Positions 1 to 15,257 of a stretch of 64,000 nt of DNA are shown one piece after another (within the stretch, counting starts at the first letter, position 1; every line of letters starts with the position of its first letter). The notes beneath the pieces are model-generated. The model was given only the letters and a program-made list of their open reading frames with translations, did not search any database and was not told the origin of the DNA. Position numbers and translations under genes: made by a program. This DNA comes from Felis catus (taxonomy: Eukaryota). Location: contig NC_058369.1 of NCBI RefSeq assembly GCF_018350175.1, positions 9,736,001-9,800,000 on the forward strand, read 5' to 3'.

Positions 1-476
1 GGTGGGCACCACGGCACCTGGGCACGTCCCTTTAGGCACCCTGGCCCCTTCCTGGGGGCAGGTGGATTTAGGGCATCACGGGCCTTCTGGGGCATAAGCG
101 GCTCCTTCGACCCATTTCTTGGAACAGAAGCGTCTTGAAGGTCAGATTCAAGGTCGGAATGTACAACTAATGAGTTAGGAGACTTCAGGCAAGCTGTCCT
201 GCCCTTCTCCATTTCGTTTTCCTCCCTTGAAGAAGAAATAAGAATACTGCCTAGCCCGGTGCCTGTGAAGAGACACTGATGCTCTCAGCTTCCCCAGCCC
301 ACCTGGAGCAGGCTGCCTGAGCTCTCCCATCCCCAAGAGCCCCAGCGCTCACGTCTGTGAGATGCACTCTTACTGTGACCCGCCTCACAAACCCCGGGGT
401 GGTCAGCGAATCAGCCCAGGTGACATGAACCGCGCCTGACCCTTACTTAGTGCTCATTAGGTAGTAACAATCATAT

Positions 477-683
477 GGGGCATCTGGGTGGCTCAGTCGG
501 TTAAGCGTCGGACTTGAGCTCAGGTCATGATCTCACAGTTGGTGAATTCGAGCCCCGCATCGGGCTCTCTGCTGCCAGCTCAGAACCCACTTCAGATCCT
601 CTGTCCCCCTCTGTCTCTGCCCCTCCCCCATGTGCACACACGCGCTCTCTCTCTCTCTCAAAAACAAACATTAAAAACAACAA
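477..683 (+). mobile_element. Can-SINE (SINEC)
   Basis: ggggcatctgggtggctcagtcggttaagcg head, (CT)n tract, A-rich tail. Confidence 0.9.
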
Positions 684-719
684 GAACTGTGAGCCAGAGA
701 AAATCGTTACGGGCCCCCA

Positions 720-1110
720 GTTTGCAGCCTCTTGTGTAAATGGTGGTTATTGACTCAGCAAATATTTTAGAGTACCTGACCGATGCTAGGTGCTGTGCTA
801 AACGCAAGGGATACAGGTATGAAAAAGTCATAGAATCCCTGCTTTGTGGAGCTGACAATCCAAGATAAATAACAAAATCACTGTGTGTTAGAGGCGGGCA
901 AGGGCTGAGGAGAAAAGGCAAGGAAAGGCACGGGAAGTGTTGGTGCAGGGAGATTTAGACAGAATGATTAGAGAAGGCGTCGCTGAGAAGGTGACATCTG
1001 AGCAAAGACCTGAAGGAAACGAAACAGTGAGTGAGTCGTGTGTATGTTGGAGGCAGAGGGGACTGCCCGTGCAAAGGCTCTCGGGTGGGCTCTGTGAGGT
1101 TCTTAATGCG
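720..1110 (-). mobile_element. L2 fragment
   Basis: ctgagaaggtgacatctgagcaaagacctgaagga motif. Confidence 0.65.
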
Positions 1111-2180
1111 ATCCTTGGAGCAGGCGGAAGCGGGATAGATGTATGTAAGACTTCTAAACCTTCTGAGGCGATGCCAACAGGGTTATTACTGAGTGCTAAA
1201 ACCCACACCCTCATGCACTTGCAGAGTGACTATCCCCGGATTCTCAAGGATTCTCGAAGTCCCAGAACCCCCATGGGGGAGACGGGACACAACAGCTTGA
1301 GAGCTGTCACAGAGCCAAATACTGCCTTCTTGCCTCCTCCTTCTCTCCTGCAGGGATTGGGGTTTGGAATCCTGCCTTCGATGTCACCCCCCACAACCTC
1401 ATCACCGGCGGCATCATCACAGAACTGGGGGTCTTTGCTCCTGAGGAGCTCCGGGCAGCCCTAAGCACCACCGTCTCCTGAGGGCGGGTACCCCAGCTGG
1501 ACCCCAGAAGTAACCAAGCTGACTCTCCATATCCTGCCCCCATTCCCTTAGGTTTTGTAATAAACTTATTCATCGAATGGCTTGCCCCACAACTGGGTGG
1601 CTCACTTCTTCCTAGAGCAGGGAGAGCACACAGGGCCTTTGCATGGCTTTAGGAGCCCTGTAACTGGAGCCAGCCTGCCCAAGTTCAAAACCCAGCTCAG
1701 CCACTTTCTCTGCTGTGTGACCTTGGTCGAGTCACTTCACCTCCTCGTGCCTTGGTGTTCTCATGTATAAAATGTTCTCAGGTTGCTTCAGGGCCGGAAC
1801 TAGGATGGTGCCTGGGGTGCAGAATTTTAAACGGCACCCCAAAAAGCTCAGTAATCAAGTAACAGCTTCTTGCACGACTTGACCTTACCTCACCCCTGAC
1901 ACTGGCCCTCATTCCAAGAAAATCTTACTTGCGATCTCAGCCTGCTCTGCAGGCTGTGGTTTGACGATTTTACGTTTATGATACTAAAATTTTATGTTTC
2001 GGGGTGCCTGGGTGGCTCAGTTGATGAAGAATCCTAGACCAGCTTTTATGTACAAAGAGCATAAAACTAAGTTCTACAAAAGAGCGCTCAGGAAGCGTTA
2101 GCTGATCATCCTAACCTTTCTTTGGAAGGTTTTGCAAAGCCCTCCGTATCATCTACGTTTGTGGGCGTCTGTCTCTTTAA

Positions 2181-2561
<381 letters not shown>

Positions 2562-4369
2562 TGAAGGCGGTGGTGGGCGGAGGATGGAGACTGGAGCCGG
2601 TGGGGGAGCCTGGAGGCTGGCGAAGGGCGGAGGGGGGAGCCTGCAGAACTCCGCTCTCTGAGCCTCAGTTCCGCCCTCCTGTGCCGTGGGTACCGGAACC
2701 TCCCACATCGTTCACCGGCCCCCGTAGAAGCAAGGCCCGACGTGCAGGAAGTGTTAAACGCACGCCAGTTGCTCTCGCTGTTGCCGTTCGTTAGTGGAAC
2801 TCGGGAGGGGAGGTGACATGGGAAGTAGAAACCCCAGTTTCGAAGGAAGGCCGCGCGGGTGCGATCGCAGCCGTCAACGGCTATTTCTTCACCCGAAGTC
2901 TCTTACCTGTCACATGGTCATAGTGATTGCACCTTTCTTTCTAGAGTCGTAAGGATTTAATGCCATAGGGCACTTGTAAACCGCTGAGAACAGCACAGAA
3001 CACAAGTAAACGTTAGCTGCGTTGGTTGTCATTTTTGTGGTTGTGTTTAAATGCAACCTCTTTATGTAGGTGGCTAGGGTGGAGCTTATAAAGAAGTTTA
3101 CAGAGATTTAAAACTAGTTTTACTGGAGTCAGATTTGAGTTCAAATTGTACTCCACTCGAACTAATGCGTGATCTTGAGCGAGTTGTTTCGTTTGCTCAG
3201 AGCATAGGTTTTCTGAGACCCCAGGGCCTGCTTACCTCCATGTGGCAGCGGGAGGCGGACTGTCACATGGGCGTCTCAGTCTCAGCACATCCAAAACCAA
3301 ACTCCTGATGCTTCCCTCTCCCTCCCCGACATGACCCTGCCACCGTTTTTGATTCAGGAAGATTCTGTCCTTCCAGATACTTGAGAAACCCTTCTCACAT
3401 TTGGGTCTGATCCCGTCTTTTTTGCCCTCAGTATTAGTTTAGAATCCACCCATTTCCCACCTCCCTGACCCCCTTCCTGTTCCCACCCCATCAACTACCA
3501 CCCGGACCAGGGCAGGTGCACCCTCCCTGATCTCCTACCCCCCCCCCACAGCAGCCAGAGGGCGCCAGTGAGCACCCAAGTCTGGCCGAGCCCCCCTGCT
3601 CCCAGCGGTCAGTGTCTCCCACGTGACCCCAAGAAAAGCTCAGATCCTCCCCCTGGCCCACAGGGCCCTGCGTGATCTGCCCTTGTCACCTCCCTGCCCT
3701 AATCTCCCACTCTCCCCCTTGCTCACTGGCCCCTTAACTACTCCTTATCCCACCTCAGCACTTTTGCACTCGCTGTTTCCTGTGGGATTCTTCTCCCAGA
3801 AATCCACACGGCTCCCTTCCTCTGAGTCTAGTCTGACTGCAGGCGTTACTTCCGAGCGGCTGTCCTTGGTAACAGCCCCCACCCCTCGCTTGTTATCCCT
3901 TGTTTTTTTCTTCCACAGCAGCACTTGCCATCACTTTCACCTAGTGGGTTATGGTATTTATGTTGTCTGCATATACATGCTGAGTGTCAGCTCCCTGAGA
4001 GCAGAGACTTTTCTGTGTCTTGTTTGCTGTTCTGTTCCCTGCATCTAGGTATGTGACAGTCGCGGTGGTCATGGTCATTGGAACTCATGGGCAGGATGGG
4101 GCAGTTTGGGAAATATGATTAAACTACCAGTTTTGGACCCAAACCCATGTGCCTTTGCTTTCTGACGTTTCTGTCTCAGAGCCCCAGGCCACCATCTGCC
4201 AAGTGGAGATAACACGTGACAAGAGGGGACTGGTGCCTGGAAACCGAGACCAAAGGCTCTGGGCATGCTGGGTTCCGGTCCCCCTTCACTCACCTGTCTT
4301 GGGAACCCTAGGCAGGTGCCTCCACGTCGCTAGAACGTGTTTCCCCATCTGTAAAATGGGGACGCGTAG

Positions 4370-4708
<339 letters not shown>

Positions 4709-5002
4709 GGACACCAGCCCAGTGGAGGCCATCGGCCCAGCCTCCGTGCTCAGATCCATGCCGGTGACCCTGCAGGTGGCACCGCAAGGAGGAGCCGAGC
4801 TCTCCAGAGCCTTGGGTTCACGCACCCCGAGTTTCCTTGGGGAAAGAGTAGGTGAGCCCAGGAGTAGGTGAGCCGCGGACCTGAAACGCCCCGGTCAGAC
4901 TCCCGGGGCCCGGAGAACCCCGGAAGCAGAGGAAATGTCCGCCGGTTTCTTGTGTCCTTGTCCCCCTCCTCAGGTCTTCCCTCCACTGGTTTAACCCAGA
5001 GC

Positions 5003-5008
5003 AATAAA
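5003..5008 (+). terminator. C19orf53 polyadenylation signal
   Basis: AATAAA about 295 nt after the stop codon. Confidence 0.7.
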
Positions 5009-5949
5009 CCTGACCGCCGTTCCTCCCGCATGCCATTCACGTGCTCCTGTGAGCGGGCCGTTTCTGGAGCTGGCGCCTCGGTGCCCCGACCCAGGCCGGT
5101 CCCGGCGGCTTCCACCGGAGACCGGCCATGTGCCCGGGGAGGGACGGAGAGGCTTCTGCACCTTCAGCCCAGGAGCCGAAGAAGAGGCTTTTCGTCCCTC
5201 ACCCCCTGGGCCGTTCCCACCAGCTTCCTCGCTTACCTGACACCCCCTGCAGGCATGCCCAGGTCACTGCCTCTGCCAGAGGCCAGCCAGGCGTCCCGGG
5301 GAGCTCCTTTCCCGCCCGTGGGACAGGCTGACGCCACCTGGTAGGGTCTCCGTGCCGGGTAAGCCCGGACGCGCTCGTCAGCTGCTCGAGGCCACCTCGA
5401 TGTTTAGTCCTGACGGCTCGTACGTGTGCGGCGCTGCGAGTGGCCCAGGCGCCGTGCCAGCGCTTTCCGTGCTAGCCCAGCCCTCATGATGCCCAGGCTA
5501 GGTGGTGTAAACGCTACCGAGCAGGGATTTGCACAGCCGCTAACGGGGTCCCCGATCCCCGCTGCCCGTCCGCTGCCTCTCCTGCTCCCTCCTGGGTCCC
5601 TCCCGGGTCCCTCCTCCTTCGGTCATTGTTTGCGGTCCTGCTGGACCACACGGTGCCTGCGAATCAGCCAAGAGCTTGTCGGCCTTCTTCCCGCACCCCC
5701 AGCACCCCCGCCATGCCCCAGGGGTGTGGGGAGCAGATCACAGCTGACAGACTCGGCTGCGGTCTGGGTGACACTGAGCTGCTGTCCAGGGGAGGTGGTG
5801 GCACCTGTGGGTGCGGTCGGCCGCACGTGTGGGTGACCGAACCCCCGGTGGCCTGTCCTTTCCCGGCCAGCCTGACCCACCGCTGGCAGCTTTTCTCGAT
5901 CCCGTGGAGTGGTGGTCAAAATTTTTTGAACGACTAAAATTTTTCTGCA

Positions 5950-6480
5950 CAGTAGGGGACGACCGCCGTGGAGAACGGTCTGGTGGCCCCTCGCTCAGTA
6001 AGTTCAGCGTAGAATTAGCCACGACCCGGCCGTTCCACTCCCGGGCGCGCGCCCAAAAGGATTGAGGACGGGGGCCTGACCGACGGCTCGGACGTGAGCG
6101 TTCACAGCATTGCCGGTTTCAGACACCGGAAGACAGAAACGGCCCAGATACCCCTGAGCAGACGGAGAATAAAGGACGTGTTTGCGCGATGGAGTCACAT
6201 TCTGCCGCGAAGGTACAAAGCGCCAGCTCGCTGCCTCCTTGAACCTCGAGTCCACGCTCCGGGAGAGGAGGCCGCTGTGAAAGGCCACGTGCTGTATACT
6301 CTCGTTTATGGGAGACGTGCCGAACGGGCCAGCCCACAGAGAACCAGAAAGCAGATGGGTGGTTCTTGGGGGGACCTGGGGGGGGGGGGTCCACCATTGG
6401 ACGCTGGGGTCACATCCTACAGGAAGAAAAGGTTTGCAGGGGCGGCTGCTTAACGTGGTGAACGTGCAGAATGCCGCTGA
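5950..6480 (+). mobile_element. Old L1M 3' end, strongly GC-shifted
   Basis: gacccggccgttccactcccggg, aaaggccacgtgctgtat and cacagagaaccagaaagcagat match L1MB/MC 3' motifs. Confidence 0.65.
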
Positions 6481-6488
6481 GCTGTGTG

Positions 6489-7060
6489 CTTTTTTTTTTT
6501 TTCTAAGTTAGTTTTGAGAGAGGGGGAGAGAATCCCAAGCAGGCTACACACTGTCCATGCAGAGCCCTATGCGGGCCTCGATCTCAGGAACTTGAGATCA
6601 TGACCCGAGCCAAAACCAAGAGTCTGAATGCTTAACTGACCGAGCCACCCAGGCTCCCTGAACTACTCTTTTAATTGACAGATTTTGTTTGTGAGCAGTT
6701 TCACACACACAAAAATTGTAAGTTACGACTTGAACGATCAGGGCTGGGGCACCTGGGTGGCTCTTTTTTTCTTTTTTTTTTTTTTTTTTTAAGTTTATTT
6801 TGAGAGAAACAGAAATAGCACAGGTGGGGGAGGGGCAGAGAGAGGGAGAGAATCCCAAGCAGGCTCCACTCCGTCAGCCTGGAGCCCTACGCAGGCTCCC
6901 CGATCGAGAGATCTCTCGTGACTTGGGCGGAAACCAATAGCCACTCAGGTGCCCCACACGTCCAACTCTTGATCTCAGCTCAGGTCTCGATCTGAGGGTT
7001 ATGAGTTCAAGTCCCACGCTGGGCCTGAAGCCTACTTTACAAAAAAAAAAAAAAGAAGAA
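6489..7060. mobile_element. Cluster of Can-SINEs, both strands
   Basis: gagccacccagg heads, poly-T and poly-A tails. Confidence 0.85.
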
Positions 7061-7699
7061 GAAAGGAAAAATTGGGACTTGTGGCAACAGGACCCAAATT
7101 TGATGCAAAGACTAGTTTGGGGTTTCCCCGGATCCAGCGCTCAGGTTTCTGTGGGGGGGGGGGGGGGGGGGGCGGGGAGGAGGCTGGAGGATGGAGGGCA
7201 GGCCTGGGGTTGGGAGTCTGATCCTCGGGGCACGCCCCACCTTGAGCCCCATTTGGTCAACCTGGGCGCCCCTGCCATCTGGTCACAGCACGGTGGTTTA
7301 TCCCCTAAGCAGACAGCGAGCGGCTTCTGCCTTTTGAGAGGAAGCCACATTGCCCGCCAGGCATTTGTTGTCTACCTACTGTGTGCCAAGCCCAGCTAGG
7401 TAGAGCTGAGAACTGGCATTCTAGTGGAGAGAACAGAAAACCAACCTCAGGCTGGCCACCGCCCCGTTGTCTCCCGTCCTGCCTCCTGCTGTGGTTCCCT
7501 CCACCTCCCGGATGCCGCCTCCGGGAGCCCCTCTCGGCCCTCCCGCACCTCCACCCCCAGGAGTGGTCACTCTGCTCCACTCCAGACTTTTCTCCTTTGC
7601 TCCTTTGTTCACTGCTGAGTCTCCCAACACCTAGGACGGTGCACAGTAGGTGTTCGTTGAAGGAAGGAAGGAAGTAATGTATTGTTTTTTTTTTTCTTT

Positions 7700-8010
7700 T
7701 GAAAGGAAACTTTTGCATTTCAATGAATCAGTTCTGGTTATTCAGTGCATCATCTCTATACAACACACCCTTCCGGGTTAATCTGATTCATAGCATTGTC
7801 TTTGAACTCTCGGCTCTGCAAATTGTAAGCAATTGATAGCAATATAACACCACTCTTATCTGTAGACGTGCAAATCCCATCCGGTCCGGGAGAGGTTTCT
7901 TTGACAACCCTCCTCCCCTGTGGAAAAAAACAATTTGCCCCCATCTGCACGTGGATTTGGGTAAATAGTCTGATATGTAAAAGTGCCTGTTCTCCAGACT
8001 CTCTTTCGAA
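7700..8010 (+). mobile_element. Degraded hAT-Charlie/Buster transposase fragment
   Basis: Frameshifted peptides IQCII, VNLIHS and LNSRLCKL resemble HCIIH...VNFIK.RPLNSRLF. Confidence 0.45.
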
Positions 8011-8499
8011 CCGCCTAGAACATCTGCCTGCTTCCCACATGAGCTCAATAAACGTTTTAACACGTGTCCATCTTTATATGTCCGTGAGGCTCAGGATTTC
8101 TTCCTCTTTTGGGAATTCTCGTTTAACCTTTATCTGGAATCTTGGAAGGGCAAGGACTGGGGGAAGGTGGGCTCCAAGGGCCCTCTGGTGCCTCCCTCGG
8201 CCACCAGGAGGCACCTCGAATCCAGGCCAGCGCCACTGAGGCCGGCGGCGCCCCGGCGGGCCAGGGACTCCCGTAAACCTGCTCCCTTTGTCCCTCTGAC
8301 GCCAGCCCTTGTGAGGAGGACCCCAGGGGCGAGGAAAAGGCATTCAGGCGCCACAGGTATGAGGTCTGGAATGTCAACCCACTTGTTCCCCTTTCCCCCA
8401 ACCCCCGCAGCCTCCCCAAACCGCCTCTGCCAGCCGCGTGGCTTTTCCTTCTCTGCTCTTCCACCTGCCCACGAAAGCCCCCCATTGGTGCTGAAGCCA

Positions 8500-8680
8500 A
8501 GAGCCCCAGACTTTGGGAAATACCTCCACCTTGAGTTCGGGGTCAGTTTCTGCCACTTCGTGGCTGTGTGACCTTGAGCAAGTCCTGTCACTTCACTGAG
8601 CCTCAGTTTCCCCATCTGCTAAATGGGGATCTTAACACCCCTCCCTCAGGAGAATTCTGGAGCCCGAGGGCTGTGAAAAG
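8500..8680 (+). mobile_element. MIR
   Basis: ctgtgtgaccttgagcaagt...ctgagcctcagtttccccatctg core. Confidence 0.7.
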
Positions 8681-10128
8681 TTGGGGTTAGGGCTGTGAAC
8701 AGTTGCCTTTGTCCAAAGACTGGAGCCCGAGACTAGCCACTCAGCCGGTCCTCTCTTGCCCGCCACCCTGGCCCTCTCCCCAGGGCCAGAGCAGTCACTA
8801 AGTGTGGCTTTTCAGATACAATTATTCCTCCCCAAGCCTCTCCTGTCTTGCTTCCATCACCCCCCTCCGCCTGAATGCCCGTTTTTCCTGGCGGGGCCCT
8901 GACATTCAGCCCATGAACCTGTGTTCCAAAAGGGAAGAAAAGAAATGTAAGAAGTAAATCTTGCCAGTTGGACAGGCCAGAGGGGCTGCATCAGAACCAG
9001 GAAGCGAAACTGCTCCGCCTGGTTTCCTGCCTGAGTCAACAAGGGCATGGGTTTGTGCAGGGGGCTGGCAGAAGGGAGGGACCCTGGAAAAATTGGGGTG
9101 GGGTGGCCACAGAGCTGGGGGCCCTTATCCCCCTTCGTCTGAGCCGCCGGGGCCACCCCATTTCCCACGGGTCGCAAATACATGTGGGTTTGGGGTCAGG
9201 AGCTGTGGATGCCTAGACGATGAGCTCACAGCGGCCTGGCGGGATAAACGCGGCTTCCATTTCTCCGAAGCCCAAGTTCGCCGGCTGCATGGAGAAGGGA
9301 GGACGTGTGAATGTCCGGAACCTGGCTCCCAACCTCTCCTAAAAGCACTGCTGGGAGGAGAGCAGGCCAAGAGATTCCCAGGGGCCTTTCGGACCTCATA
9401 TGTTCTCCTGGGATCACTGCGTGGCCTGGGGTAACTTTCTGACCTTCTCTGGGTCTCGTTCCTCTGCAAAATCAGGGAAATGGAATAGAATGTTGGTGTT
9501 TTCCCAAACTCTGTGCATTTGATCCCCAGCAATGTGACAGAACCACCCGCAGGGCTTGAAGGCGGGGCCCTATCCTTTCCCTGCTGGGGACCTTGAGCGA
9601 GTTCACCTGGCCTTTCTGTGCCTGATGGGGATGGTGACAGTATTTATTAATATCTAATGTCAGAGAATAAAATAACAGCCTCACTCTGTGATACCCTAGT
9701 CTCCATTCCTCCTATGGTTAACCCACTAGAGCAGCCTGGGGTGACTTCTCTGATTCAATGTCTCAGGACACCCACTGAAGCATCCTCAGGGACCGGGACC
9801 TGGGCTTAGCTGACACAGCCACGTTCCAGTTGCTGAAGAGGATCACGGGTAAGGGTAAGGGTGGCTCTGGGGTCCTGTTGGCAAGGGAAGCACCCGAAAC
9901 GTGGGCTTCACTGAAGTCCCTCCTCATCCTCCCCACGTCTCCCCACAGTCCTTCCCCATCGGTCCGTCTTTGCCTCGACTTTTCTGGCAATAAGTCTAGG
10001 GCATCCCAGACTGGGTAACTTCGGGCAAGCACTTCCCACTCCAAGCCTCAGTTTCCTCATCTGAGAAATGGAGGCAACGAGCCCCACTTTGCAGCACTGT
10101 GGGAAGGCTTAAACGTGATTATATGCTA

Positions 10129-10324
10129 GGGGCACCGGGGTGGCTCAGTCGGTTAAGCATCCAACTCTTGATTTCGGCTCAGGCCATAATCTCACAGTGA
10201 GTGAGTTCGAGCCCCGCCTCAGACTCCATGCTGACCGTGTGGAGCCTGCTTGGGGTTCTCTCTCTCTGCTCCTCCCCAGCTGGTGCTTTCTCTGTCTCTC
10301 TCTCAAATAAACTTAAAAAAAAAA
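10129..10324 (+). mobile_element. Can-SINE
   Basis: Typical head, (CT)n tract and A tail. Confidence 0.9.
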
Positions 10325-10545
10325 GTGATAATATGCCAGAACAGCAGGAGCACATTATTATCCACGTTGTTCCTGTGTCTCAAGTTAACCGTGCATGTCG
10401 CCTGTGTAACTTTAAATGTCCTGATACCAAATAAAATATAAAAAAATAAAAGGAAGCAGGTGGAATTAATTTGAATCATGTATTTTATTTAACCCAAACT
10501 TACCTAAAGTATTACCAGTTCAACACATCAGTATAAATAATTCTT

Positions 10546-10767
10546 GGGGCGCCTGGGTGGCTCGGTCGGTTAAGCGTCCGACTTCGGCTCAGGCCACCAT
10601 CTCGCGGTCCGTGAGTTCGAGCCCCGTGTCGGGCTCTGTGCTGACAGCTCAGAGCCTGGAGCCTGTTTCAGATTCTGGGTCTCCCTCTCTCTCTGACCCT
10701 CCCCCGTTCATGCTCTGTCTCTCCCTGTATCAAAAATAAATAAACGTTAAAAAAATTTTTTTTTAAA
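10546..10767 (+). mobile_element. SINEC_Fc-type SINE with 12-bp TSD
   Basis: TSD taaataattctt at 10534-10545 and 10768-10779. Confidence 0.92.
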
Positions 10768-10829
10768 TAAATAATTCTTAGTGAAATATTTTGCCTTTTT
10801 TTCCCTAAGTCCTTTTTTTTTAAAAGCAA

Positions 10830-11001
10830 CTTTTTTTTTTTTAACGTTTATTTATTTTTAAGAGAGGGAGAGAAGGGGATAGAGCATGAGCAGAGGGGGG
10901 AGGCACAGAATCTGAAGCAGGGACAGCTCAGAGCCAGACGTGGGGCTCGAACTCACAAGCTGTGAGATCACGCTTAACCGACTGAGCCACCCAGGTGGCC
11001 C
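10830..11001 (-). mobile_element. Can-SINE
   Basis: Poly-T tail and reverse head ending gagccacccaggtggccc. Confidence 0.85.
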
Positions 11002-11657
11002 TCCTACTAAGTCCTTGAAATCCATCTTGTTACATTTACAGCACACCTCAATTCCGCCCGGCCCCATTTCAAGGGCTCAAAGGTCACTTGTGGCCAGTGG
11101 TGACCCTACGGGACAGCACAGGTCGGAGGGAGTTTACTGAATGGTGGGTTGGGCACTGGCCAGAAAGTGCAGCTGGAAATTCCTGGAAGGAAAAAGCCAG
11201 TTTCCATATGGGGTGGGGAGACTGGGGACAGCAATCGGGCCATTTAAGGGCCAGCTTCGGTGTTTCCTGCTTTGTAGACATTTCAGCGGAACGGGAACAG
11301 AGTTTGAGTTGGCTCGGTCGGTAAGTTGCGGGTTGACTGCTGTTTGCCGGCTGCTGTTCGGGTGCTTGCGGTGTAGCAGTGCACCAATTACACAAACGAC
11401 CGCCCCCGGGGGTCTCGGTGGAGAGGAAAGAGTCAGAAACTAAACAGCTGCTAAAACACATGCAGAAATGTAATGATAATGGCGAAAAGCGTGCCGAAGG
11501 GGAAACGTCGGGTTTTCTAAGGACAGGGGAAAGGAAGGATGGCGTGGGCCGTGGGGGCGGGGCCGGCGATCAAGACCAAGGGCGGCTTCCGGGCGAGAGA
11601 CGGTGTCCAGGACAAAATGGGTCGGAAAAACAATCAGAGGTGATCGGATTCGACACG

Positions 11658-11740
11658 TATTAGTTAAATCTTACGAAATTGCCATTTTAGTCGGTCAAAA
11701 CCGGTCGAAAATCAGCAACTGCCTATGACTCAACGTAATG
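11658..11740. mobile_element. MADE2-like mariner MITE
   Basis: tattagtt...gaaattgccattt...ggtcaaaa.cggtcgaa...caac.taat; 80-bp element with inverted ends. Confidence 0.65.
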
Positions 11741-11949
11741 TTCAGGGCATAGAATGGATTAGGGGTTCCTCTCTTAGGGCTTGAGTTGAGCTCTGTTTCT
11801 AGAGAGGAGGTCTACAGCCCCCATGAGCTCTACAAGGAGACTGTGGTCCTCCCCGCCCCCCGCCCGCCCCGCCATCCCCCAGAACATCAAAACTTGACTC
11901 CGCGCCCAGAGACGCTGAGAGAGTTTCTCGCATCACACAGCCCAGAGGG

Positions 11950-12937
<988 letters not shown>

Positions 12938-14669
12938 TAAGTCCGCCCCGAAACACCCCCTCATCCTCCCATTTCATTTCTTCAAGCCCTGTGACCCGCC
13001 CCCATTCCTTTTGCCATCCCTGCCCTCCAGCCCACAAGAACAGAGATGCCCTCAGCGCCCTAGATCCCAGCTCAGGACACTTCCTTCTCCTTCTCCTCCT
13101 GCCCCGTAGTCCCTCTCTTCCCACCTCATCCTCAGCACCCCATTCAATCCTCACTCCTCTTTCCAACTCCTGTAAGCCGCCCCCACTTGGACACCCCAGA
13201 TCGCTGCCCCGCACCCCCAGTAGAAACCCCCCCCCCCATTTCTACAGATCCAGCCTCAAGATACTCCTTTCTGTCTCTGATCCGTGCCTCCAGAACCCAC
13301 CTGTCTCCTGGGGAACCCCCCTCCTCCTCCAGCTCCTTCCCTGGGGTCCTGCCCCCCCTCCCTCTGAGACCACCTCCCACCTGGGGCTGCCCAACCCCTC
13401 CAGGGTGAGGGTACCCTCCCACATCCCCCTATTTCCCCAGTGCTCGCCCTCCCTCTGCCCCCGCCCCTACCCCCCACCCCCCAGCCATCACAGTCCTTCC
13501 AGGGGATCAGCAGCAGGGCGAGGCCTGGGTCACAGTACCTGGACAGGTGCACTGGAACCCTACCTCTGTAGTTTCTGAGGGCTCTGCCATGATGCCCCAG
13601 GGCTGGGGAGGTTAGAGTCCCCTTTTCCAGCCTCAGAGTGGGCCTCTGGAGAGTGGAGATGTGGCCTGGATCTGACCAAGGCTTCTGCAGCCCCCATAGG
13701 TTCTGTCCTCTGTCTGGCTTTGAGGGGTGTTCTTTGCTCCCTGGCCTCTCCAGAGTTAGGAAGTCTGCAGGACTGATGAGTCTGGGCCGCCAAGTGGGGA
13801 TGGGGCAGGCTCTGATTCACGGCCTGGAAAAATCCCTCCTTAGTCATCTGCCAAACCATCCCCAAGGCCTCAGCCAGTCACTGCCCCCCCCCCCCCACTT
13901 CCCCCAGAAACCCAGGACTGGGGGCTCTGGGAGGTTGCCACCCCTCACGATCCTAAACCATCTCTGGGTCTCCCACGTACCTGCCCTGGTCAGGCCTGGT
14001 GCTAGGAAAACTCTCGCTCATGGAGGCCTCTGCAGCCCTCTGGGATTTGTCGTTCTCCCTCCCACTTTGAGGAAACTGGAGCACAGAGAGGTTGAGAAAC
14101 GTGCCCAAGGTCACAAAGCCCGTGAGTTAGCAAGCCCGGATTGGAACGCGGGCTCAGTCGGCTTGGTTCACTGCCCAGAGCCCACGGGGTGACGAGGACA
14201 CCCCTCCCTTCCTGTGGGCCGTTGGAAACTGAGAACAGAGCCTGTCTTGGTAGCTGGAGCTTTGCCAGCTGGGAGACTGAACAAGTGAATTCACCCCACT
14301 TCTGAGCCTCAGAGTCTCCAGGCTGCCAAATGGGATGATAACTAGTATCACTGAGATGTTGCTATGGAAATTATGGGAAATCACATACGTAAAGCATTTA
14401 GCACAGTGTAGGCTGAGAAAATGGAGACCTGATCACTATTCTTATCGCTTTTGTCTCCCTTTCTCTTGCCCCTTCGAAGCCTTGGAGGTGGGTCTATGTT
14501 ACAGCAGGACCCCCGGACCTGGTATATCCAGGAGGGAGGTCGCAGAAGGTTCTGGAACACTAAGTACAGGCCAGGAGTTACTGTAAACGTATTTACATGT
14601 GTAAATGAATATTTCATCCTCGTGATACTCAGGAGGGCAGTGCTGTTAACATCCCCACATCACATTTGA

Positions 14670-15257
<588 letters not shown>

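Larger units (their letters stand above)
10360..11122 (+). mobile_element. MER33-like hAT-Charlie element interrupted by two SINEs
   Basis: ...tattttatttaacccaa...acagcacacctcaattc...ggacagcacag resembles the remembered MER33 consensus. Confidence 0.6.

Noticed and set aside
1..470. Possible 3' end of the upstream gene (MRI1 by synteny)
   Set aside because: No recognisable coding sequence or clear poly(A) signal.
477..560. tRNA-like A/B boxes
   Set aside because: Head of a tRNA-derived Can-SINE, not a tRNA gene.
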